Below the pieces are notes generated by a model, which saw only the letters and a program-made list of their open reading frames with translations, did not search any database and was not told the origin of the DNA. The position numbers and the translations under genes were made by a program. Positions 24,252 through 31,425 of a DNA stretch of 32,000 nt are shown in pieces (position 1 is the stretch's first letter; each line of letters opens with the position of its first letter). Origin of the DNA: Trichlorobacter lovleyi SZ (GTDB lineage Bacteria; Desulfobacterota; Desulfuromonadia; Geobacterales; Pseudopelobacteraceae); the NCBI RefSeq assembly GCF_000020385.1, contig NC_010814.1, positions 600,001-632,000 of the forward strand, read 5' to 3'.

Positions 24252-24920
24252 ATGAGTGGACATGTAGTTTCATCCTACGATGCAGACCTGAACGATCTGC
24301 GGCAGCGAATTCTGACCATGGGCGGGCTGGTGGAAAAGATGATCGCCGATGCGGTCAAGTCGCTGGTTGACCGGGATACCGAGCTTGCCGAGCGGATCAT
24401 TGCCATGGACCATGAGGTGAACAACCATGAGGTCGTGATCGACGAACGCTGTCTGGAACTGTTGGCGCTGCGTCAACCCACCGGCAAGGACCTGCGTTTT
24501 ATCACCCTGGCTCTGAAGATTGTCACCGATCTGGAGCGGATCGGCGACAAATGTGCCAACATGGCCAAGCGGGCCCGGCAACTGAACCAGGAACCGCCGC
24601 TCAAGCCGTACATCGATATCCCGCGTATGGCCCACTGGGTTGAGGTGATGATCAAGGAGGCGCTGGATGCCTTTGTACGCGGGGATGACGTCCTGGCGGT
24701 CAAGGTCTGCAAGGACGACCAGATGGTGGATGACCTGAATGAGCAGGTTCAGCGTGAGCTGTACAGCTACATGATTGAGGACCCTTCGACCATCAGCCGT
24801 GCCATGCGCCTGACCTACATTTCCAAGTCGTTGGAGCGGATCGCCGATCATGCAACCAATATTGCCGAGATGGTGATCTTTATGGTCAAAGGCAAGGATA
24901 TCCGCCACACGATCGCCTGA
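24252..24920 (+). CDS. phoU: Phosphate signalling complex protein PhoU
   Basis: 222 aa with two PhoU repeats. Typical motifs are LERIGDKCANMAK and LERIADHATNIAE. Confidence 0.93.
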   Translation: MSGHVVSSYDADLNDLRQRILTMGGLVEKMIADAVKSLVDRDTELAERIIAMDHEVNNHEVVIDERCLELLALRQPTGKDLRFITLALKIVTDLERIGDKCANMAKRARQLNQEPPLKPYIDIPRMAHWVEVMIKEALDAFVRGDDVLAVKVCKDDQMVDDLNEQVQRELYSYMIEDPSTISRAMRLTYISKSLERIADHATNIAEMVIFMVKGKDIRHTIA

Positions 24921-25025
24921 ACGGGAAACGGATCTTTTTCCCGCTGAACACGGCATGCCTTACCGTCAGCAGGCCAAAGGCAATAAGCAGGTTTCCCGTG
25001 GCTGGCAGGGGAGCGATTGCTGCAG

Positions 25026-25065
25026 ATAAAAATAACGGGCGGCTCTTGTTACGGAGCCGCCCGTT
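25026..25065 (-). terminator. Intrinsic terminator of the 25096-25476 gene
   Basis: Perfect 12-bp stem AACGGGCGGCTC/GAGCCGCCCGTT (25034-25065) with an 8-nt loop. On the minus strand it is followed by ATTTTTAT. Confidence 0.75.
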
Positions 25066-25095
25066 GCTGTTGCCACGATCCGGTCTGCGGGGTGA

Positions 25096-25476
25096 TTAAC
25101 GGTTGGGACCGGGACCACCGGGCCCCATGCCGCCAGCTCCGGGACCCATGCCGCCGGGCCGCGGTCCCATACCGGCCGGTCTTGCCGGCATGTCAGGCAG
25201 TGTTACGCCGCGCTCCCTGGCCCGCTGCTGCATCTTTTCGTGATGTTCCTTGCGGATCTGCTCCCGCTCCTCAGCTGTTTTGGCAGCACGCAGTTTAGTG
25301 CGGTGCTCGAGCCGTTCCTGGCGGGTCATCAGCTGGCTGCCATAGATCTGTTCCCGTGCCTGCTTCTTGACGGCAGGTGCCACCGGTTGAGGAGTCGCTT
25401 CTTCAGCAGCAAAAAGGCCTGCCGGCACCGCCAGCAGTCCAGCCAGCACTACACCTGTCAGATACCTGTGCATCAT
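25096..25476 (-). CDS. Secreted small protein, charged helical core plus C-terminal GMGP repeats
   Basis: The MMHRYLTGVVLAGLLAVPAGLFA signal is preceded by AAAGGGGGAAGG. The core is QLMTRQERLEHRTKLRAAKTAEEREQIRKEHHEKMQQRARERG. The tail is PAGMGPRPGGMGPGAGGMGPGGPGP. The 25668 start of the track ORF is unlikely. Confidence 0.65.
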   Translation of the reverse strand: MMHRYLTGVVLAGLLAVPAGLFAAEEATPQPVAPAVKKQAREQIYGSQLMTRQERLEHRTKLRAAKTAEEREQIRKEHHEKMQQRARERGVTLPDMPARPAGMGPRPGGMGPGAGGMGPGGPGPNR

Positions 25477-25592
25477 ACCTTCCCCCTTTCCAGCGTGTGT
25501 GAATGCGTACCTTTGTTTGCCGGTACGCTGCCTGACAAGCCTACCACTGTCTGGAGGATTCGCAACCGGCAGAAACATAACAAACCGGAAGG

Positions 25593-25994
25593 CTAGTGCT
25601 CTTTGTAGCCCAGTACCACCAGCAGGCAGCTGTGGTCGGCAATCACGTTGACCCCGGCAGCTGTGCACCGTGCAATGGCAGCATCGCTCTCTGCACCGGG
25701 CTGCATCCAGATATTGGTGATACCGCGGGCAATGGCAGCCTCAACCACCTTCTCCGTCACCGCAGGCGGGGTGATGACCGAGATGCTGCTAACATTATCC
25801 GGCAGGTCAGCCACCGTGGCAACCGTCGCAATCCCCTCAACTGAAGCCGTTTTGGGATTAACCGGAATGGCTGTTTTTTTGTTCTGCAGGTAGCAGCGCA
25901 GCACCTTGTTGCCATACTTGCTGCGATCCTCCGATGCACCCACCACACCAAACGCCTCTGCCTTCAAAAAGGTCTCAATTGCTTCAGTCATCAC
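25593..25994 (-). CDS. CoA-binding domain protein (YccU-like)
   Basis: 133 aa. FGVVGASEDRSKYGNKVLRCYL...IPVNPK...VADLPDNVSSISVITPP...NIWMQPGAES matches the small CoA-binding (Rossmann-like) family. Confidence 0.8.
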   Translation of the reverse strand: MMTEAIETFLKAEAFGVVGASEDRSKYGNKVLRCYLQNKKTAIPVNPKTASVEGIATVATVADLPDNVSSISVITPPAVTEKVVEAAIARGITNIWMQPGAESDAAIARCTAAGVNVIADHSCLLVVLGYKEH

Positions 25995-26005
25995 ATTTCT
26001 CCTTT

Positions 26006-26184
26006 GGGTCTATCAGGAAGTAACTATTACATCCTGCATTTCATCTTTGGGCATCTTTGCCCGGACTTCAATCACAAAATCCTCACCGTAGCCCTGCTAC
26101 GCCTACGGTTTTGTTCAATCAGTCCAGTCAAATCTCTCCCAAATCAGAGCGCAGTATTTGTAACACTTATTTCCCGATAGACCC
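26006..26184. repeat. Nested imperfect palindrome in the divergent CoA-binding / mqnE intergenic region
   Basis: Outer 18-bp arms 26006-26023 and 26167-26184 show 16 Watson-Crick pairs, 1 G-T and 1 mismatch. The inner hairpin is centred on GTAGC-CCT-GCTAC (26088-26100), with flanking ACAAAA/TTTTGT and GGACT/AGTCC blocks. Confidence 0.8.
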
Positions 26185-26230
26185 TTATCTTGATCTTGCA
26201 CCGCTTTTCCAGTTGCCGTATGCTGTCAAC

Positions 26231-27310
26231 ATGACAACATTAGCCACTATTAAAGCAAAAGTCCATGCCGGTGAACGGCTTTCCGAGGCCGATGCGCTGG
26301 CGCTGTATGCCTCCAATGACCTGCTGACCATCGGTGAGCTGGCAGCCTGGGCAAATGAGCGTAAAAACGGCGCAAATGTCTATTTCAACGTTAACCGTCA
26401 TATCAACCCCACCAATGTCTGTGTCAACCGCTGCGCCTTTTGCGCCTTTTCCCGCACCGCCGAGGCCGATGATGCCTACACCCTGGCCCTGGACCAGATG
26501 GTGGGCCGGGCAGTGGAGGCGGTTGGCCAGGGGGCTACCGAGGTGCATCTGGTGGGTGGCCTGCACCCGGACCTGCCGTTTGCGTTTTATCTTGAGCTGT
26601 TGCAGGATATCCGTAAAAACGCACCATCCCTGCATATCAAGGCCTTTACCGCGGTTGAGATTGACTACTTTGCCCGGATCAGCAGCCAGACCGTGGAACA
26701 GGTGCTGGCACAGCTGATTGAGGCAGGTCTGGGCTCCATGCCCGGTGGCGGGGCCGAAATCCTGGTGGAAGAGGTGCGTCAGAAGATCTGCCCGGAAAAG
26801 ATCAGCGGCCAGCGCTGGCTGGAGGTACATCGCTTGGCGCACGGGGCAGGACTTAAGACCAATGCCACCATGCTGTACGGTCATGTTGAAACCGCTGCTG
26901 ACCGGGTGCGCCACATGACACTGCTGCGGGAACTACAGGACCGGACCGGCGGGTTCCAGGTCTTTATTCCGTTGGCCTGGCAGCCGGAAAACTCACCGCT
27001 GAAGCTGGACACCAAAGGGACCTCCGGACTGGATGACCTGAAGACCCTGGCCATTGCCCGTCTGTTTCTGGATAACTTCCAGCATATCAAGGCCTACTGG
27101 ATCATGCTGGGGGAGAAGATCGCCCAGGTGGCGCTGGCCTTTGGAGTGGATGATCTGGACGGCACCGTGGTGGAGGAAAAGATCGGCCATGATGCCGGGG
27201 CAGCCACGCCCCAGTCACTGACCCTGGAGCGGTTGATCCGTTTGATCAGGGTTGCCGGTAAAACACCTGTGGAGCGGGATACGCTCTACAATCCACTGCG
27301 TAGTTTTTGA
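26231..27310 (+). CDS. mqnE: Radical-SAM enzyme of the MqnE/MqnC family, most like aminofutalosine synthase
   Basis: YFNVNRHINPTNVCVNRCAFCAFSR (CxxxCxxC cluster in the MqnE-type context). 359 aa from ATG 26231. The 26057 start would read through the palindromic repeat. Confidence 0.7.
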   Translation: MTTLATIKAKVHAGERLSEADALALYASNDLLTIGELAAWANERKNGANVYFNVNRHINPTNVCVNRCAFCAFSRTAEADDAYTLALDQMVGRAVEAVGQGATEVHLVGGLHPDLPFAFYLELLQDIRKNAPSLHIKAFTAVEIDYFARISSQTVEQVLAQLIEAGLGSMPGGGAEILVEEVRQKICPEKISGQRWLEVHRLAHGAGLKTNATMLYGHVETAADRVRHMTLLRELQDRTGGFQVFIPLAWQPENSPLKLDTKGTSGLDDLKTLAIARLFLDNFQHIKAYWIMLGEKIAQVALAFGVDDLDGTVVEEKIGHDAGAATPQSLTLERLIRLIRVAGKTPVERDTLYNPLRSF

Positions 27311-27318
27311 ATCTGATT

Positions 27319-27420
27319 GCCGCGAAAGAACGCAGAGAACGCAAAGATGAGTTTTGGAGTAGTTTGGCTTGAACCCTTCAATAATGCATGTTCTTTGTGA
27401 TCTTTGCGATCCTTTGCGGC
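27319..27420. repeat. Palindromic element (GAACGCA/TGCG class) downstream of mqnE
   Basis: The 29-nt arms 27319-27347 and 27392-27420 show 23 Watson-Crick pairs, 3 G-T and 3 mismatches. The arms are 9-10-nt tandem units: GAACGCA at 27328 and 27337, and CTTTG(T/C)G at 27393, 27402 and 27412. Confidence 0.88.
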
Positions 27421-27436
27421 CAATAATTCCCACGCC

Positions 27437-28435
27437 GTGATCCACTGTCCGTTCATCAAACAGCCTGCCCCTGATGGTTTTCAGACCGCTCTTAAACGCC
27501 TTTCCCGGCGGTTTCAGGTCTACGCTGCCACCTCACCGCAACCGCTACCGGCTCCGGGGCTGCTCATCACCCCGGAGATCCGGCAGCAGTCCGAACTGTA
27601 CCTGCCGATCAGTGAAATCAGACAGTTGTTCTATCGCCTGTATCAGTATGTCCTCAGTCATCCACCTATCTTCGGAAACACGCCATTTCACACCTGTCCC
27701 AGTTGGGCTGACTGCTTTGTTGCGCTGCCTGTCTGGCTGCAGTTTTCAGCCAATCCGGCCCGTTTGTTGGAGAGGTTGCTGGATGATCAGCAGTTGTTGA
27801 CCCGTTTCCTCTTTTCTTCTTTTCTGCCGGGCCGTTTTAATGGCGCAGGATTTGGACGCTATCCGGGGCAGCTTAGTTGGTTACAGCAGCATCTGGCACA
27901 AAAAAACGGATCTCTGCGGATACTTGATGCAGCCTGTGGCAGTGGTGAAGGGACCTGGGAGGTGGCAGAACTGCTGGCTGAACAGTGCTGGCAGCCGGAG
28001 CAGGTTCAGCTTGAGGGCTGGACCATTGAGCCGCTGGAGGTCTGGGCAGCGCAGACACAGTGCCTGCCCCATGACCCGCAGCGGGAGAAGAACTATCAGC
28101 AGCGGGTGCAGCCATTACGGGAACAGGGCTGGGGGGAACGGATCAGCTTCAGGGCTGTTGATCTGCTGGCTGGGCAGGTTGAATCAGCCCCCTTTGATCT
28201 GATTCTCTGTAATGGCCTGCTGGGAGGGCCGATTATCCATCAGCCCCGACCGTTACAGCAGGTGGTGATGCAGCTTGCAGCCCTGCTGGCAGAAGGAGGC
28301 GTACTGCTGGTTGCTGACCATTTTCACGAAGGCTGGAAAAAACGGGTGCCGGAGGCGGTTCTTGGCGCCTTGATGGAGAAAGCCGACTTGCAGGCACGGC
28401 AGGCCGGAGGAGGGCTGGCAGCCATCAGAAACTGA
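27437..28435 (+). CDS. Class I SAM-dependent methyltransferase, CheR-like motif set
   Basis: LRILDAACGSGEGTWEVAELL resembles the CheR motif I (WSAGCSTGEEPYS) and FDLILCNGLLGG resembles the CheR FDLIFCRNVLIY. There is no in-frame ATG near the 5' end. TTG 27404 lies inside the repeat arm, so GTG 27437 is used here. The start is uncertain. Confidence 0.6.
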   Translation: MIHCPFIKQPAPDGFQTALKRLSRRFQVYAATSPQPLPAPGLLITPEIRQQSELYLPISEIRQLFYRLYQYVLSHPPIFGNTPFHTCPSWADCFVALPVWLQFSANPARLLERLLDDQQLLTRFLFSSFLPGRFNGAGFGRYPGQLSWLQQHLAQKNGSLRILDAACGSGEGTWEVAELLAEQCWQPEQVQLEGWTIEPLEVWAAQTQCLPHDPQREKNYQQRVQPLREQGWGERISFRAVDLLAGQVESAPFDLILCNGLLGGPIIHQPRPLQQVVMQLAALLAEGGVLLVADHFHEGWKKRVPEAVLGALMEKADLQARQAGGGLAAIRN

Positions 28436-28440
28436 CAGTT

Positions 28441-29409
28441 TTAATAGAAATACTGTCGATCTTTCAGGTTGTATAAGCCGCCTACCTGATCAGTGTAGCC
28501 GTTGTAGAGCAGGGTTTTACGACGTTCATTGCTGCCCAGCAGGGACTCTTCGGCCTGGCTCCAGCGTGGATGGGGAATCGCCGGATTGATGTTGGCCCAG
28601 AAACCGTACTCGTTCGGAATCATGGCGTTCCAGAAGGTAGCGGGCTGCCGGTCGGTAAAGACTATTTCAACCACCGACTTGATGCTTTTGAAGCCGTATT
28701 TCCACGGAGCAACCAGCCGGATCGGCGCGCCGTGCTGTTTGGCCAGTTCATGCCCATAGAGGCCGGTGGCCATGAAGCTGAGGTCATTCATCCCTTCGGC
28801 AAGCGTAAGCCCTTCGTGGTACGGCCAGAGCTCAACACTGCTCCGCTTCTGTTCCGGAGCCTGGTCACGCCTGAGAAACGAAATAAACGAGATATGCGTT
28901 GCCGATGACAGCGGTTCAACCCGCTTGATCAGGGCAGACAGCGGAAATCCGATCCAGGGAACCGCCATTGACCAGGTCTCCACACAGCGAAAACGATAGT
29001 GACGTTCCTCTTGCGGGATCAATTTCAACAGCTCGTCAACAGAAATGGTCAGCGGTTTTTTAACCAGCCCGGTAATCTTCAGTTCCCAGGGGCGGGTCAG
29101 AAAGCGATCTACCCGGCGCCAGACCTCTTTGCTATGGGTAAATTCATAAAAATTGGTGTATGCGGCAGCCTCTGCCTGATCAGTCAGCGGACGATCCAGC
29201 CGGTAGCTGCCGTTGCGGGGAGCGTGCAACTGCTTCAGGTTGACCAGCGTACCGTTCAGATCACGGCTCTGGGCAGCGTAGTTGGTGCAGGCGTTCAGCA
29301 GAGGCCAAGCGTTCAGCCCCAGAAAACCGAGCGCCTTCAACAGGGTACGCCGGGTACGGAAAACCTCTTCTGCGGTCAACTCGGATGTCGGCAGCTTGTA
29401 GCTCTGCAT
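28441..29409 (-). CDS. msrP: Periplasmic protein-methionine-sulfoxide reductase catalytic subunit (YedY/MsrP, molybdopterin)
   Basis: Tat-type signal RTRRTLLKALGFLGL. NFYEFT, RFRCVETWSMAVPWIGFPL, GAPIRLVAPWKYGFKSIKSVV and HPRWSQAEE run colinear with E. coli MsrP. Confidence 0.9.
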   Translation of the reverse strand: MQSYKLPTSELTAEEVFRTRRTLLKALGFLGLNAWPLLNACTNYAAQSRDLNGTLVNLKQLHAPRNGSYRLDRPLTDQAEAAAYTNFYEFTHSKEVWRRVDRFLTRPWELKITGLVKKPLTISVDELLKLIPQEERHYRFRCVETWSMAVPWIGFPLSALIKRVEPLSSATHISFISFLRRDQAPEQKRSSVELWPYHEGLTLAEGMNDLSFMATGLYGHELAKQHGAPIRLVAPWKYGFKSIKSVVEIVFTDRQPATFWNAMIPNEYGFWANINPAIPHPRWSQAEESLLGSNERRKTLLYNGYTDQVGGLYNLKDRQYFY

Positions 29410-29475
29410 AACAGCCCTCCCCTTGGTCAGATTACTGCAGGGCCGGATAGTCAGTCCAGGAGCCTGTGATCAGCC

Positions 29476-29512
29476 GATACCGGGGTGCCGCAGATGACGG
29501 CGCCCCGGTATC
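29476..29512 (-). other. GC-rich intercistronic stem-loop between the Met-rich peptide gene and msrP
   Basis: ATACCGGGGTGCC (29477-29489) pairs with GGCGCCCCGGTAT (29499-29511). That gives 13 bp with one non-Watson-Crick position and a 9-nt loop. No U-tract follows on the minus strand. Confidence 0.8.
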
Positions 29513-29522
29513 ATACTACCAG

Positions 29523-29762
29523 TTATTTCATGGCAGGCGCAGCTTCTTTCATCTCTTTTTTCATCTCGCCATCTGCTTTCATCTCTTTTTCAGGCTTTTT
29601 GGCTTTCTTCACTTTCTTGACCATTTTCTTCTTTTCCATCTTCTTGTCTTCCATTTGGGGTGCCGCAGCGTCCATCGGCTTCATCGGCTCTGCAGCGATG
29701 GCTGCAGCAGAAAATGTTGCCAGTGCAGATACAACCGTTAACAACAATGCGAATTTTTTCAT
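29523..29762 (-). CDS. Secreted Met/Lys/Glu-rich low-complexity mini-protein (MrpX-like by composition and context)
   Basis: 79 aa. AAGGAGG lies 6 nt upstream of the ATG. The Sec signal is MKKFALLLTVVSALATFSAAAIA. The 56-aa mature part contains 9 Met (16%) and 18 Lys. Confidence 0.75.
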   Translation of the reverse strand: MKKFALLLTVVSALATFSAAAIAAEPMKPMDAAAPQMEDKKMEKKKMVKKVKKAKKPEKEMKADGEMKKEMKEAAPAMK

Positions 29763-29827
29763 GTTCTGACCTCCTTGTGGTCGTGTTAATGTAATGGCCA
29801 GACCATAACGCGCCTGATGCCCTGCTG

Positions 29828-29847
29828 ACTGTAAGCGTGCTTACAGT
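29828..29847. promoter_or_regulatory. Candidate Crp/Fnr-family operator
   Basis: ACTGTAAGC-GT-GCTTACAGT has perfect 9-bp arms and reads as TGTAA-N6-TTACA, the half-site spacing of CRP-type sites. It lies between the divergent regulator gene (ATG 29905) and the peptide gene (ATG 29762). Confidence 0.5.
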
Positions 29848-29904
29848 TTTTCCATCTGTTTTCACCTTATTGATGCAGTAATGTATCTCTGCGGAGTGAC
29901 TGAT

Positions 29905-30597
29905 ATGCACGATTCAAAGCTGTGGTACCTGAAGAGAATGGATATTTTCAGCGGCTTGACCCCGGATGAGTACGCGGTAATTGATCGCGGCTCACGCTCC
30001 TTATCTCTGAAAAAGCGGGCGCTGCTCCCCTATCGCGGTACAGCCGGTGATGCAGTCTATTTTATCAAGTATGGCCGGATCAAGGTCATCAGGACATCGC
30101 CTGACGGGAGGGCGCTGATTCTGGATATTCTCGGAGCAGGTACCCTGCTGGGAGAGCTTGTCCGGGAGCCGGCAGGAGATGATGAAGGGGTAACGGCAGA
30201 AGCGATGGAAGAGACCTTGCTCTGCATGATGCAGCGGGATAATTTTGATCATCTTATGGAACTTGTGCCGAAACTTTCCACACGGATTACAAAGCTGTGC
30301 GGCCTGCGCCTGAAACGGGTTCAGAACCGTCTGGTAGATATGTTGTATTGCTCGGTTGAAGTGCGTCTTGCAAGAGCCTTGCTCAATCTGGCAGAAGAAT
30401 TCGGTGTTTCTCTGCCAGACGGTATGCTGATAGACCTGCGACTTACCCATAACGAACTGGCAGGATTGATCGCCTCAACCCGCGAAACGGTTTCTGCGAT
30501 GCTTATGGAGCTGCATAAAAGGGGGCTGCTTGAATTCCGCAGGCATCGGATTCTGCTGGTTCAGCCGATGAAACTTGCGGCGATTGCCGGGCGCTAG
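29905..30597 (+). CDS. Crp/Fnr-family transcriptional regulator
   Basis: Contains a cNMP-binding-like beta-roll (DAVYFIKYGRIKVIRTSPDGRALILDILGAGTLLGE) and a C-terminal HTH (THNELAGLIASTRETVSAMLMELHKRGLL). There is no N-terminal Cys cluster. ATG 29905 is preferred over 29881. Confidence 0.85.
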   Translation: MHDSKLWYLKRMDIFSGLTPDEYAVIDRGSRSLSLKKRALLPYRGTAGDAVYFIKYGRIKVIRTSPDGRALILDILGAGTLLGELVREPAGDDEGVTAEAMEETLLCMMQRDNFDHLMELVPKLSTRITKLCGLRLKRVQNRLVDMLYCSVEVRLARALLNLAEEFGVSLPDGMLIDLRLTHNELAGLIASTRETVSAMLMELHKRGLLEFRRHRILLVQPMKLAAIAGR

Positions 30598-30603
30598 ACG
30601 GTG

Positions 30604-31398
30604 TCAAACCGTGCACATGATCCGTTTAACCAGGTAATCACCTCCGATCACCAGATATTCCCCCTCCCCCTTTAACAGACTGGTGGGGAGCAGTTCATCA
30701 AAAAAGAAGATCTTTGAGGTGGGGACCTGTATCCGCCAGACTATCGAGCCGAACTCCCAGGCCCGCTCCTCTTCGTCCGTAAACGAGACCAGATTGTTCA
30801 GCCGCACAATCTGCTCACGCTTGCTCACCTGCTCGATAATCTGATCTTCAGTTGCACCGTTGGTGCCGCGAAAGAGCGTAAGTTGGATCAGTTCGCCATG
30901 ACTGCGGCTCAGCTCGTACTGACAATATTCGTACAACAGATCAAGCTGGGCGTTGATGGCGTTGGTCCGCTTGCTGCCACGGGTACGATCCATGATGTAG
31001 CAGTAGTGGGCCTCTGAATCCGTGCCGCTGATCCGGCCGTTGTGAAAGGTAGGGGCAATTCCCATCCGGCTCTCAACCCAGCTTTTCAGCACCGCCCCTT
31101 CCACTGAATTGCTGTCCATCATCCATCCCTTCAGAAAGCGCAGATAACTGTTCCGTAACGCCTTTCTTGCAGAATCGGTATGGCCGTCCTCATGGTGAAG
31201 CTGGAATTTGACCGAGAGGTAGTCACTGAACACCTGACCACGCTCTTCACGGCTTGCAATGGTATCAAGCTTGTTAAACAGAAAGCGGTTGGCTTCCCGC
31301 ACCCCCTGCAAAAACAGCGGTTGCGGATGTTCGTTGAAGTGACGGGAGCCGATCACCCAGGGGGGCAGGTTGCATAAATTGAAGGCGGTACTCGACAT
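30604..31398 (-). CDS. draT: DraT-family NAD+-dependent ADP-ribosyltransferase (dinitrogenase-reductase ADP-ribosyltransferase-like)
   Basis: FNEHPQPLFLQGVRE, LKSWVESRMGIAPTFH, QLDLLYEYCQYEL, VRLNNLVSFT and LKGEGEYLVIGG match my recollection of Rhodospirillum DraT. The R (TLFRG), S (VSFT) and E-x-E (GEGEY) arrangement of R-S-E ADP-ribosyltransferases is present. Confidence 0.7.
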   Translation of the reverse strand: MSSTAFNLCNLPPWVIGSRHFNEHPQPLFLQGVREANRFLFNKLDTIASREERGQVFSDYLSVKFQLHHEDGHTDSARKALRNSYLRFLKGWMMDSNSVEGAVLKSWVESRMGIAPTFHNGRISGTDSEAHYCYIMDRTRGSKRTNAINAQLDLLYEYCQYELSRSHGELIQLTLFRGTNGATEDQIIEQVSKREQIVRLNNLVSFTDEEERAWEFGSIVWRIQVPTSKIFFFDELLPTSLLKGEGEYLVIGGDYLVKRIMCTV

Positions 31399-31425
31399 TG
31401 AGAGGCCTTTACCGGAAACTGTTTT

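Noticed and set aside
24270-24956. A 228-aa antisense ORF covering the whole of phoU.
   Set aside because: It is striking because it spans the entire gene. However, it has no motifs or SD and shows a composition typical of a shadow frame. The plus-strand PhoU call is unambiguous. It would only merit attention if ribosome profiling showed antisense translation.
25477-25592. A possible riboswitch (GGCAAAC plus the hairpin GCGTACC/GGTACGC) in the leader of the secreted-protein gene. Cyclic-dinucleotide riboswitches are common in Geobacter.
   Set aside because: Only a heptamer resembles the GEMM-I core. The ACGCAAAGC-type second motif and the paired tetraloop/receptor architecture are absent.
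443-26914. Many long alternative-frame or antisense ORFs in the supplied track. Examples are 443-1111(-), 2068-2856(-), 7132-8097(-), 8711-9370(+), 9901-10815(+), 11521-12339(+), 12377-13339(+), 12657-13400(+), 13346-14443(+), 19601-20476(-), 21616-22644(-) and 26240-26914(-).
   Set aside because: Each lies entirely inside a gene with clear family motifs. Their translations are Arg/Pro/Gly/Ala-rich low-complexity strings typical of shadow ORFs in GC-rich DNA, and none has a recognisable motif.
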